DNA from: an uncultured bacterium
Lineage (GTDB): Bacteria > Verrucomicrobiota > Kiritimatiellia > CAIKKV01 > CALHGX01
Direction of reading: 5' to 3'
Assembly (NCBI GenBank): GCA_938031185.1
Contig: CALHGX010000009.1
Location: 106,837-170,836, forward strand
DNA: 64,000 nucleotides
Position 1 is the first letter of the stretch; every line of letters starts with the position of its first letter. This document shows, piece by piece, positions 27,792-36,542 of this stretch. The notes beneath the pieces were generated by a model, which saw only the letters and a list, made by a program, of their open reading frames with translations, was not told where the DNA came from and ran no database searches. Made by a program: the position numbers and the translations under genes.

Positions 27792-30700
27792 AGCGAGCGC
27801 ATCGTTCGCAGCGCTTGCGCGTGTTGTTCAGGTTCGCCGGTAATTGTCAACTGGCGAATGCCCATTCCAAGCAGCGGCGTCAAATCTCGCACCGGGGCCC
27901 CTCTCATGAGCAACACCCGCAGGGGCATCCCCTTCAAAGGCCGCACATCCGATACCTGGGTGTTCTCGATGTCCAAATGCCACAGGGGCATTCCTTCCAA
28001 CACTGATATATCCCGCACGGGTATGTGCGCCAGAGAAAGCTTCTCGATCGCCATCCCTTTCAATACCTTCACACTGTCGAAACTCACCTTCGTTCCCGAC
28101 AGGTCCAGCGTCTTGAGCGGCATGCCTGCCAGCACCGAAATATCCCGCACCGCCGTGCCGTTGAGGTCAAGATGCTCCAAGGGCATGCCCCGCAACGGCG
28201 ACAAATCAACCACGGGGGTGCGAGCCAAGTTCAACGACGTCATCGGTTTGCCGGCCAGCACAGACAGATCTTTGAACTGCGTGTCGCTCAAGTCAGCCCG
28301 CCGCAGAGGCATTCGGCGCAGCATCTGAAAATCATGCGTCTTGCATCCCGCCAGATACAACCCCTCCAATGGCATATCCCGAAGCACATTCAAATCGCGA
28401 AACGCCGTCTGCCGCGCGCTGAACTCGCGCAGTTTCATCCCCGCCAGAAAAGTGAAATCTGTGACTTTCAAGCCGTCCAGTTGAAGTTTGGCCAAGTCCT
28501 TCCCGCGCAACACACTCAAATCCCGCAACGCCGTCCGCCCCACATTGAGCTCACGCGCCGAAACAGGGGCCAGCAGGCTGGCATCTCGGACATCGCTGCC
28601 TTCCAGCGAAAGCATTTCGAGCTTGAGTCCCTGCAGCGCGTTCCAATCATCTGCCGTGCAACCGTTCAACGAGAAATGCGTCAGCGACGGAAACTGGCGG
28701 GCCGCCGCCAGATTGCGAATGGAGCAGTTCGAAAGGTGAAGGTGGCGAAGATCAAGTCCCGCCAAGTGGCTCAGGTCTATGCGGGCCGGATCACGGCCCG
28801 GCACGGAAATGTGCAGCCTTTTCAACGTGGCGGCCTTGGCCAGAGGGGTCAGCTTCCCAATGACGGCCGATTGAATGGTCAATGCATGCACACGACCGTC
28901 AGGCGTCGCCTCGCCCCATACGTCGCTTGGCGTCAGCCCCGGATTCTCGGCACAAAGCGCTTCTACCAGCCGCTCCGCGACCGTCGCCTCGCCGTCCGCT
29001 CCGTCGCCCTGCAGTTGAACGTGCGCGGAGTTTGGCGCAAGAGACGCAATCCGCCCCGCCGCCGCTTCCAAGGCCTGCAACACAAGTTCCGCTTCCTCGG
29101 CAAACCGGCTGTGGCTGTATGTCTTCCGATACCGCGCGACCGCCGCCTTGATTTCCCGGGCTGTGGCCGCGTCCATCTCCGCCAGGGATGCCGCTCGAAC
29201 CCATTCGCGCAAGTCGGCCGACATGGTCTCCACCCGGGCCATTCGCGCAAGCTCCTCCAAAGCGGTCCGGGCTTTTTCGTCTAAATCTTTACTGGATCTT
29301 CGTGCCATTTCTTCCTGCAGCGCCCCAGCCAGCATAGTGCCCGCCTGCTCGAACAGCTTCGCAGCCTGATCCGTACGCCCCATGCGGGCCAGTGTCAGTC
29401 CAGCCGCCAATGCCGCTTCGGGCGCAGGGGAATCCATAAGCCGCGCCAGTTTGTCTCCTGGCGACAAATCGGCGACATCAAGCCATATTTCGGCGCTGGC
29501 ATCCGGTATTTGCCCGCACAGTTTTCGTCCCTCCACCCGCCTGATGATCAAGTTCAGCGGCGGCCCCTGCACCCGCTGCACCCTAACCATGCGGTTCGTC
29601 AACGCAAGAAACACTTCCATGATCCTGTCATCGGGATGTGATGCGCCTTCGATCAGCTTCAGAACAGCCTTCAGGTCTTCCGCCGTTTCGCCGCTCGCAT
29701 CCTGCGCCGCACTCAAGGCATTGCGAGCTGCCGCCAGATCGCCATCCAGGGCCATGGCGGCAGCCTTACGCAACGCCGATTCCCATGCGCGGTTTTGACC
29801 CTCGCGCTGACTGCTTTCCTCGCTCCGTTCCCGAAGCGCCGCCGCCCGTGTTTTCCGATCAGCCGCGCTGTCGTCCGCGCCCGGGCCCTGATATGTTTCC
29901 AGCCGAGTGGCAGCCGCAGCCCACTCACCCCGTTCGGTTAGCCGTTCAACCTCGTCATTGAGCTCTGCCAGCGCGGCCTGCCGTTTCCGGTCCGCCGCCT
30001 CCTTGAGCCGATCCGCCGCTTCCAGCAACGCCGGCGGCGCCTGCTCCGCCCGCAGGCGTGTCATCAACGACTCCAGCGCCTCAACCGCCCGGTCATGTTC
30101 CTCCGCCGCTCCATCCAGCCGCCGCCGGATTTCATCGATCTGCGCGCGTATGGAAGCGTCGCTTGAAACAAGCGCTTCCGGTTCGGTCCCGGCTGGCTCG
30201 GGCGGGGGCTGTCCTTGCGTCGCCGCTGTCGGTAAGCCAGCCGCCCCTTTCATCTCTGAAGAAGCGATCGGCGCCGCCCCATCAGCATGTCTTCCCCAGC
30301 GTTCCCACACCTGCCATGCCGCGGCGATTGCCGCCAACAAGGCGACGACCGTCGCCATGATCCGCTTGGCGGTCCGTCCCGGCTGCAGACGGCGCATCAA
30401 GGCCGCCCGGCGGCGGCACCGCGCCATGGTGCTGGCCCCTTCCGGAAGGGGCGCCTCTAGTGGCAGATGTCCTGAGCGAACTTGCTGAACGTCCACGATC
30501 ACGGCATGCCAGTCCGCCGGCCGCGCCGTCCGATCTTTGGCCAGCATCCGCTCAAGCAGGCAGGCCATGCCTAAAGACACCCCCGGCGCCGCCTCCATCA
30601 CGTCGGGCACCTGCGCCTTCACCTGCCCCTCAAGCGCCTCCGCATCCGAACGATCCTGGAACATCCGCCGGCCGGTCAGCATGTGATACAAGGTCGCGCC

Positions 30701-31357
30701 CAAGGAATAGATGTCGCTGCGCTGGTCCAAGTCTTGTGCGCCTTCGCACTGCTCCGGCGACATGTAGCTCGGCGTGCCGCAGATTTCCTCGACGCCTTCC
30801 TCCATGCCCTTGGTCTCGCCGACCCGCGAAATGCCGAGGTCGGCCACCTTGATGGTGCCGTCTTGATCCACCATGATGTTGTCCGGCTTGATATCGCAGT
30901 GAATCAAGCGCGCCGTCCGCCAGGCGTACTCAAGGGCCTGCGCCACGGATTCCGCCACGGCCAATGCGTCCGCTTCTCCAATGCGCCCCTTGCGGCGGAT
31001 CCATTCCCCCACGCTGTACCCGGCCACGTATTCCATCACAAAAAAGCACGTGCCGTCTTGCTCGCACGCGTCATAGACCTGCACCAGGCATGGGTGCTTG
31101 AGTTTGGCGGCCACCCGAGCCTCTTCAAACAGACGCCGCACCTCGTCGGGCCGCCGCGCAAACTCCGGCAGGAGCTGCTTGAGCGCCACGATCCGATCGA
31201 GCGAAAGCTGGCGGGCCTTCCACACCACAGCCATGCCGCCCTGCCCGACGCGCTCGAGGATTTCGAATCCTCGCAGCGAAATGTGCGCCTCTCCCACCGT
31301 GGGTTCTCCCGGCAAATCAATACCAATCCACCGCGGCGCTCTCGCGCGGCGCCGCAT
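27752..31357 (-). CDS. Membrane Ser/Thr protein kinase with C-terminal leucine-rich repeats
   Basis: GQGGMAVV, VALK, HCDIKPDN, DLG, GTPSYMSPEQ, DIYSLG; TM helix near 30305-30361; helical region; 21-aa LRRs; start may be GTG at 31297. Confidence 0.93.
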   Translation of the reverse strand: MRRRARAPRWIGIDLPGEPTVGEAHISLRGFEILERVGQGGMAVVWKARQLSLDRIVALKQLLPEFARRPDEVRRLFEEARVAAKLKHPCLVQVYDACEQDGTCFFVMEYVAGYSVGEWIRRKGRIGEADALAVAESVAQALEYAWRTARLIHCDIKPDNIMVDQDGTIKVADLGISRVGETKGMEEGVEEICGTPSYMSPEQCEGAQDLDQRSDIYSLGATLYHMLTGRRMFQDRSDAEALEGQVKAQVPDVMEAAPGVSLGMACLLERMLAKDRTARPADWHAVIVDVQQVRSGHLPLEAPLPEGASTMARCRRRAALMRRLQPGRTAKRIMATVVALLAAIAAAWQVWERWGRHADGAAPIASSEMKGAAGLPTAATQGQPPPEPAGTEPEALVSSDASIRAQIDEIRRRLDGAAEEHDRAVEALESLMTRLRAEQAPPALLEAADRLKEAADRKRQAALAELNDEVERLTERGEWAAAATRLETYQGPGADDSAADRKTRAAALRERSEESSQREGQNRAWESALRKAAAMALDGDLAAARNALSAAQDASGETAEDLKAVLKLIEGASHPDDRIMEVFLALTNRMVRVQRVQGPPLNLIIRRVEGRKLCGQIPDASAEIWLDVADLSPGDKLARLMDSPAPEAALAAGLTLARMGRTDQAAKLFEQAGTMLAGALQEEMARRSSKDLDEKARTALEELARMARVETMSADLREWVRAASLAEMDAATAREIKAAVARYRKTYSHSRFAEEAELVLQALEAAAGRIASLAPNSAHVQLQGDGADGEATVAERLVEALCAENPGLTPSDVWGEATPDGRVHALTIQSAVIGKLTPLAKAATLKRLHISVPGRDPARIDLSHLAGLDLRHLHLSNCSIRNLAAARQFPSLTHFSLNGCTADDWNALQGLKLEMLSLEGSDVRDASLLAPVSARELNVGRTALRDLSVLRGKDLAKLQLDGLKVTDFTFLAGMKLREFSARQTAFRDLNVLRDMPLEGLYLAGCKTHDFQMLRRMPLRRADLSDTQFKDLSVLAGKPMTSLNLARTPVVDLSPLRGMPLEHLDLNGTAVRDISVLAGMPLKTLDLSGTKVSFDSVKVLKGMAIEKLSLAHIPVRDISVLEGMPLWHLDIENTQVSDVRPLKGMPLRVLLMRGAPVRDLTPLLGMGIRQLTITGEPEQHAQALRTMRSLQSCNGMTWWPGR
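27840..28700 (-). repeat. Array of ~21-aa leucine-rich repeats within the kinase gene
   Basis: DLSVLRGKDLAKLQLDGLKVT / DLSVLAGKPMTSLNLARTPVV / DLSPLRGMPLEHLDLNGTAVR / DISVLEGMPLWHLDIENTQVS / DVRPLKGMPLRVLLMRGAPVR and others; over a dozen units. Confidence 0.9.
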
Positions 31358-31382
31358 TCCGCAGCAGAAACTTTCCGCTCGT

Positions 31383-31559
31383 TCAGCGCAGCAAGACGCC
31401 GATCGTAATCCCGAGCGCGATGAAAGCCAAGTAAACCAGCGATCCCATGGCGCGGAACTTGAACAGGATCAGATTCACTTCAACCGGCGCCCGGCTAAAA
31501 ATCAGCACCAGCACCGACAAGGCCATGATCAAGAGGGCATACAACACACGCTTTTGCAT
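31383..31559 (-). CDS. Small two-TM membrane protein, LapA (DUF1049)-like
   Basis: Manual translation: MQKRVLYALLIMALSVLVLIFSRAPVEVNLILFKFRAMGSLVYLAFIALGITIGVLLR* (58 aa); AGGAG SD; below the ORF-track size cutoff. Confidence 0.7.
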   Translation of the reverse strand: MQKRVLYALLIMALSVLVLIFSRAPVEVNLILFKFRAMGSLVYLAFIALGITIGVLLR

Positions 31560-31577
31560 ACCGGCTCCTATTCCTCA

Positions 31578-32159
31578 TTACCGGCGACAGCCGCGCCCCA
31601 GCGCAGCACTGACCGCCCGCAAAATGTCCTCTACGTCCGCCAGGCGCCCCTTGGCTTGATAGCCGCACGCCAAATCACCCGAGCCCACATCAACAATCCT
31701 CGCGCCACGGCGACGCAGCACGGCCACATTGTCCCGCGTAGCGGCATGGGCCCACATCCGATCGTTCATGGCAGGGGCGATCACCAGCGGCGCCGTTGTC
31801 GCCAGGGCCGTCGTACTCAGCAGATCATCCGCAAACCCATGAGCCAATTTCGCGATCATGTTGGCGGTGCAGGGGGCCACCACCAACACATCGGCCATTT
31901 CAGCCCAGGAAACATGGTCCGGCCGCCAGACCGCCCCTTCGGTAAACAAATCGCGCCCCACCGGATGCCGCGACAGCGTCAGAAACGTCTGCTCGCCAAC
32001 GAAACGCGTCGCGCAGTCGGTCATGATCACATAGACCTCCCATCCGCGCTCGATCATCCGCCGGGTCAGTTCCGCAGCCTTGTACGCGGCAATGGACCCG
32101 GTTACGCCCAGCACCACTCGCGGCGGGTGCGACTTCCGCAATGCCCCGCTCTTTTTCAT
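31578..32159 (-). CDS. coaC: Phosphopantothenoylcysteine decarboxylase (stand-alone CoaC flavoprotein)
   Basis: VLGVTGSIAAYKA, HVSWA, VAPCTANMIAKLAHG.ADD, APAMN..MW, GDLACG...GRLA; ends without a CoaB domain. Confidence 0.88.
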   Translation of the reverse strand: MKKSGALRKSHPPRVVLGVTGSIAAYKAAELTRRMIERGWEVYVIMTDCATRFVGEQTFLTLSRHPVGRDLFTEGAVWRPDHVSWAEMADVLVVAPCTANMIAKLAHGFADDLLSTTALATTAPLVIAPAMNDRMWAHAATRDNVAVLRRRGARIVDVGSGDLACGYQAKGRLADVEDILRAVSAALGRGCRR

Positions 32160-32848
32160 GGTCGGCCTCGTTTCCCAACCGATTGGTTTTCAACGCGGCA
32201 ATGGGCCGCCTCAACAATCGCCTTCAACTGCATAAAGGCCGTCTCCAGGCGATCATTAATCACAAGGAAAGAATACTCTTTCCACCGCCGCAACTCCCGC
32301 CGGGCGTTGCGCAGCCGGCGCGCAATCACCGCCGGACTGTCAGCCTTCCGTGCCGTCAGGCGACTTTTCAAGACGCGTAGCGACGGAGGCGCCACAAAGA
32401 TATCCACGAACCCCCGACGGAGCAAATCATTTCGCGGTGCGTGCCGTGCGGCACGTCGAATTTGAGCGGCCCCCTGCACGTCTATGTCCATTAAGACATC
32501 GCGACCCGCCCGCAGCGCCCGCCATACGGGGGCGCGCAATGTCCCATAGTGATGCCCATGCACGACGGCGTGCTCCAGGAACTCGCCCCGCCGCAACCGT
32601 CGCGCGAATTCCTCCGGTGCGAGAAAATGGTAGTCTCGGCCGTTGCGCTCGCCCGGCCGGGGCGGTCGCGTGGTGCAGGATACGGAATATGTCATCGCCG
32701 GGCACGCCTTCAAGAGGCGCTCGCACAACGTGGTCTTCCCCCCGCCAGAAGGGGCCGAGACCACCACCAGCAAGGCGCGCCGCACCGGCGGCGGTGCCAC
32801 ATTGTCGCGCCGCCGCCGTGCTCGCTCCACATTGGGTTTATTCGACAT
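32156..32848 (-). CDS. gmk: Guanylate kinase
   Basis: SAPSGGGKTT, SCTTRPPRPGE.NG.DYHF, HYGT, DIDVQG, FVAPPS. Confidence 0.96.
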   Translation of the reverse strand: MSNKPNVERARRRRDNVAPPPVRRALLVVVSAPSGGGKTTLCERLLKACPAMTYSVSCTTRPPRPGERNGRDYHFLAPEEFARRLRRGEFLEHAVVHGHHYGTLRAPVWRALRAGRDVLMDIDVQGAAQIRRAARHAPRNDLLRRGFVDIFVAPPSLRVLKSRLTARKADSPAVIARRLRNARRELRRWKEYSFLVINDRLETAFMQLKAIVEAAHCRVENQSVGKRGRP

Positions 32849-33722
32849 TTTGCGCCTGCTCCCTTACACGCTCCACTTCTGCCTTGAATTCGATCACAAG
32901 CCGGGTCATCGGCAGGTAATTGGCTTTGGCGCCCACCGTATTGATTTCCCGCATTAGTTCCTGCGAGAGGAAATCGAGCGTTCGACCCACCGGCGCTGTC
33001 TGTTCCAGAAGCGCTAACGCCTGCTGGAGATGGCTGTCCAGCCGGGTCAGCTCTTCCGAGATATCCGACCGTTCCGCCAGCAAGAGCAATTCCTTCGCGC
33101 CGTTCCTGAAAACCGCAGCGGCCGACTCGCCCAGCGCAAGCACCCTCTTTTTCAGTTGCCGGCGGGCCTCGGCTGCCGCTCGAGGCGACAGCGCCCGCAA
33201 CCGGCGCACCATCCCAGCCATTGCGGCCAGGCGGGCGCGCAGATCAGCCGCCAGCATCCGCCCCTCTTTCCGCCGCATCCGATCAAGACGCCGCAGGGCC
33301 TGATCGAGCGCGTCCTCTAGGCAAGGCCGAAACAATCGCGCATCCCATTCGAATTCCCTGGTCTGCGCCACGCCGGGCAATTGCAGCAACAGGGAAGCGC
33401 TCAAATCGTCCTTCAGGCCCAACTGGCGCGCCACCAATCGCAGCCGCCGAACCTGAGCCGCCGCCAAAACCCGATCGAGGCGCAAGTCGCCCGCCGCCGT
33501 GTTCCCCTGTTGTCCGGACGTCACCGTGCAACTTACGCACCCACGCGAAAAGTCCTGTTGTACCCTTTCGACTACCAACGACTCCATCAGGGCCAAGCCT
33601 CGCGGCAACGACACTCGAACATCCAATTGCTTGCGGTTCACGGAGCTGATTTCCACGTCCGCCCAATACGATCCCCGCCGCGCGGCCCCGTGGCCATATC
33701 CCGTCATGCTCTTCACACTCAT
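32838..33722 (-). CDS. yicC: YicC/YloC family endoribonuclease
   Basis: SMTGYG, SVNRKQLD, DISEELTRL.SH, GRTLDFL.QE..REINT.GAK, REQAQNVE. Confidence 0.93.
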   Translation of the reverse strand: MSVKSMTGYGHGAARRGSYWADVEISSVNRKQLDVRVSLPRGLALMESLVVERVQQDFSRGCVSCTVTSGQQGNTAAGDLRLDRVLAAAQVRRLRLVARQLGLKDDLSASLLLQLPGVAQTREFEWDARLFRPCLEDALDQALRRLDRMRRKEGRMLAADLRARLAAMAGMVRRLRALSPRAAAEARRQLKKRVLALGESAAAVFRNGAKELLLLAERSDISEELTRLDSHLQQALALLEQTAPVGRTLDFLSQELMREINTVGAKANYLPMTRLVIEFKAEVERVREQAQNVE

Positions 33723-33746
33723 GGCGCCTCCACTTCGCAAATCCGT

Positions 33747-34881
33747 CTAAGACGCTTTCGCCTTCGCGGCGGCCGCCTTCGCGTGCTTCAGGTACGCCAG
33801 AACGAAACGGTCGAGTTTGCCATCGAGTACCGCTTGCACATTGGAGGTTTCCTCGTCGGTTCGATGATCCTTGACCATTGTATAGGGTTGAAGCACATAG
33901 GAGCGAATCTGATTGCCCCAAGCAATCTCGCCTTTTTCGCCGTAAAAACGTTCCATGTCTTTCCGTTGGCGGTCGAGTTCCATTTCATACAGTCGGGCCA
34001 TCAGCAGCTTCATGGCCTTGGCGCGGTTGTTGTGCTGCGAGCGCTCGGCTTGACACGAAACCACTATGCCCGTCGGCAAATGCGTAATGCGCACCGCGGA
34101 ATCGGTCTTGTTGACGTGCTGCCCGCCCGCGCCGCTCGACCGATAGGTATCCACCCGCAAGTCGGCTTCATTAATCTCGACGCGAATATCCTCGGTGAGT
34201 TCGGCCACCACATCCAGTGACGCGAACGATGTGTGCCGTCGCTTGTTGGCGTCGAACGGGCTGATGCGCACAAGCCGGTGCACCCCCCGCTCGGACTTGA
34301 AGAGGCCAAAGGCCATCGGCCCTCGAACCGCCAGAGTGGCGCTCTTGATGCCGGCTTCATCGCCCGGCTGCACATCAAGCATCTCCACATTGAAATGACG
34401 GTCTTCGGCGTAGCGCCGAAACATCCGAAGCAGCATCGCCGCCCAATCGCAGGATTCCGTACCGCCGGCGCCGGCATGCAGGGTCAGATAGGCGTCATTC
34501 GGGTCGAGCCGCCCATCAAGCAGGGTTTGCATCTCCAGGGCTTCCCGCGCTTCCTCGGCGCGCTGAAGTTCCCGACTCGCGTCTTCCAGGGCCTGCGTCC
34601 GATGCCGGCCTTCCGGCTCCGCTTCCGCCAGCTCGATCAGCACGCCGGCCTCTTCCACGGCGCGTTCGATATCGCCGAAGGGCGCTAGCAGCCCCTTGAT
34701 CTGATTGGCCTGCTCCAGAATGGCCTTCGCCTTGTTCTGGTCGTTCCAGAAGCCCGGCAACGCGATCTGCTGTTCAAGATCATCCAAGACCTGCCGCCGC
34801 GAGGCGACGTCAAAGATAACCTCTCATTTCTTGAACCCGTTGGCGTGCCGTCTCCAAACGGGCTTTTACTTCCTCAATCAT
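33747..34881 (-). CDS. prfB: Peptide chain release factor 2 (programmed +1 frameshift at CTT TGA C)
   Basis: ORF1 [26 protein letters not shown] (34881-34810); +1 frame DVASRRQVLDDLE...GAGGTESCDW, SPF, GAGGQHVN, WGNQIRSY. Confidence 0.97.
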
Positions 34882-36542
34882 GTGGAAATGTCCTCCATTG
34901 CCATTCTCCGAACCGTTGACGGAGTCTTTCGTCTGGCCTGCGCCAACGCAAGCAAAAACCCCAGCACCGCCGCCCCCGCGCAGGGACGGCCCAGCATCCA
35001 GTCCCCCCGCCGCGTGTACGGCGAGAGCCTTTGCCCGTCGGGCGGCGTCGGAATCCACCACACAGCCGCCATCGGCAAAGGAGGACGCCCTGCGCCGTTC
35101 ACCGTGGCCTCATGGATCCGACCGGCCGGGTCTATCCAGCAACTGATGCCCGTATTAGCGCAGCGCACCAAGGGAACGCGGTTTTCCACCGCCCGGAAGA
35201 CCGAATGGCTGAGGTGCTGGACCGGCGCCGCTGTTTCGTCAAACCACGCGTCATTCGTTTGATTCACCAATAGGCGAGCGCCCTCCTTCACAAACCGCCT
35301 TGCCAGCGAGGCCACGGTGTCCTCAAAACAGATCAGCACCGAAAACGACGTGCGGCTGACACGAAAAACGGTCGGCCGTTTCCCCGGCGTGCAACTCCAG
35401 CCGAGAGGGGCCAGCCGGCGAAGCCACTTGATTCTGTTGTCCAGCGGGATGTACTCGCCAAAAGGCACCAAATGCTGTTTGTCGTAACGGCCCAACGGCC
35501 CTTCGGGTCCGACCAAAAAAGAGGCATTGAAAGACTCCCATTCCTGCGGGTTGATCGAAACCATGTCCATGGTTCCGATCAGCAACGGCACCCCGTTGGC
35601 CGCCAATCGCGAAACCAGTTGCGCTGAAGGGCCCGGCGCGCGAAGACAATCCGGCGTGGCCGTCTCCGGCCACACAATGAGCTCGGGCCGGGGCCGGGCC
35701 TCCAATAGTTGCCGCGACAGCTCTTCCAAACGGGTCAAAATGAAATCCGCCTGCGACTCCGTCCACTTCTGCTCCTGCGGTATCGCGGGTTGAACGACAC
35801 CCACACCCAGCACGGCTCCAGGCTCCGGCAACGATCGCAAACGCATGATGCCGGCCTGAAGGGCGATCGCCACGGCCATCATGGCTACAAAAAGCTCGAC
35901 ATGCGGGCGATAGGGACGCCCCGGCCGCCACGGCCAGTACCGTCGGAGCGTTAGCGCCAACGCTGCATTGCCCAGCGCCACCAGAACTGACACGCCGTAG
36001 ACCCCCCATGAGTCAGCCGTCTGAATCAGCGCCGGATTGCGGAACTGGGAGACGCCAAGGGCGTTCCATGCAAAGCCCTGAAAAAGATTGGAGCGAATGT
36101 ATTCGAACCCCACCCATGCCACGGGCCATCCGCAGAGCAGGACCAGCCGCCCCGTCAAGCCTTCTTCAGTCGCCACACGGCGCAACCAGCTTGCCGTGAC
36201 GGAAAAAAGCCCCGTGTACATGGCGCAATAGGCCGACAGCGCGAACCAGCCGATCGCGACCACGACTGTTGGCGCCGGAGACGTGACCGTCAAGCGAAGC
36301 AACCACCGCAGGGTGAGCAGCCAGAAAGACAGCCCCGCCAGCAGGCCGAGCCTCCATGCGCGCCGCGGCGGCGCGGTCCCAACCGCGAGCAGCAAGGGCA
36401 CCAGCGCCACCCAAGCCAGCCCCGCCTGTTCGGCGGGGGGAAAGGCCGCCGCCATTAGTACGCCTGACAAGACGGCGCCGGCCGCGGCCCATGTCCCCGT
36501 GGAACGCCCCCCTCGGATCCAAACGCCTATTGGCCCGGCCAT
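34878..36542 (-). CDS. lnt: Apolipoprotein N-acyltransferase
   Basis: Multiple TM helices; [49 protein letters not shown]. Confidence 0.95.
   Translation of the reverse strand: MAGPIGVWIRGGRSTGTWAAAGAVLSGVLMAAAFPPAEQAGLAWVALVPLLLAVGTAPPRRAWRLGLLAGLSFWLLTLRWLLRLTVTSPAPTVVVAIGWFALSAYCAMYTGLFSVTASWLRRVATEEGLTGRLVLLCGWPVAWVGFEYIRSNLFQGFAWNALGVSQFRNPALIQTADSWGVYGVSVLVALGNAALALTLRRYWPWRPGRPYRPHVELFVAMMAVAIALQAGIMRLRSLPEPGAVLGVGVVQPAIPQEQKWTESQADFILTRLEELSRQLLEARPRPELIVWPETATPDCLRAPGPSAQLVSRLAANGVPLLIGTMDMVSINPQEWESFNASFLVGPEGPLGRYDKQHLVPFGEYIPLDNRIKWLRRLAPLGWSCTPGKRPTVFRVSRTSFSVLICFEDTVASLARRFVKEGARLLVNQTNDAWFDETAAPVQHLSHSVFRAVENRVPLVRCANTGISCWIDPAGRIHEATVNGAGRPPLPMAAVWWIPTPPDGQRLSPYTRRGDWMLGRPCAGAAVLGFLLALAQARRKTPSTVRRMAMEDIST

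Noticed and set aside
27840..28700. Periodic ~63-nt DNA similarity as a possible CRISPR or tandem repeat array
   Set aside because: Degenerate at DNA level and fully explained by in-frame 21-aa LRR coding; no repeat-spacer structure or cas genes
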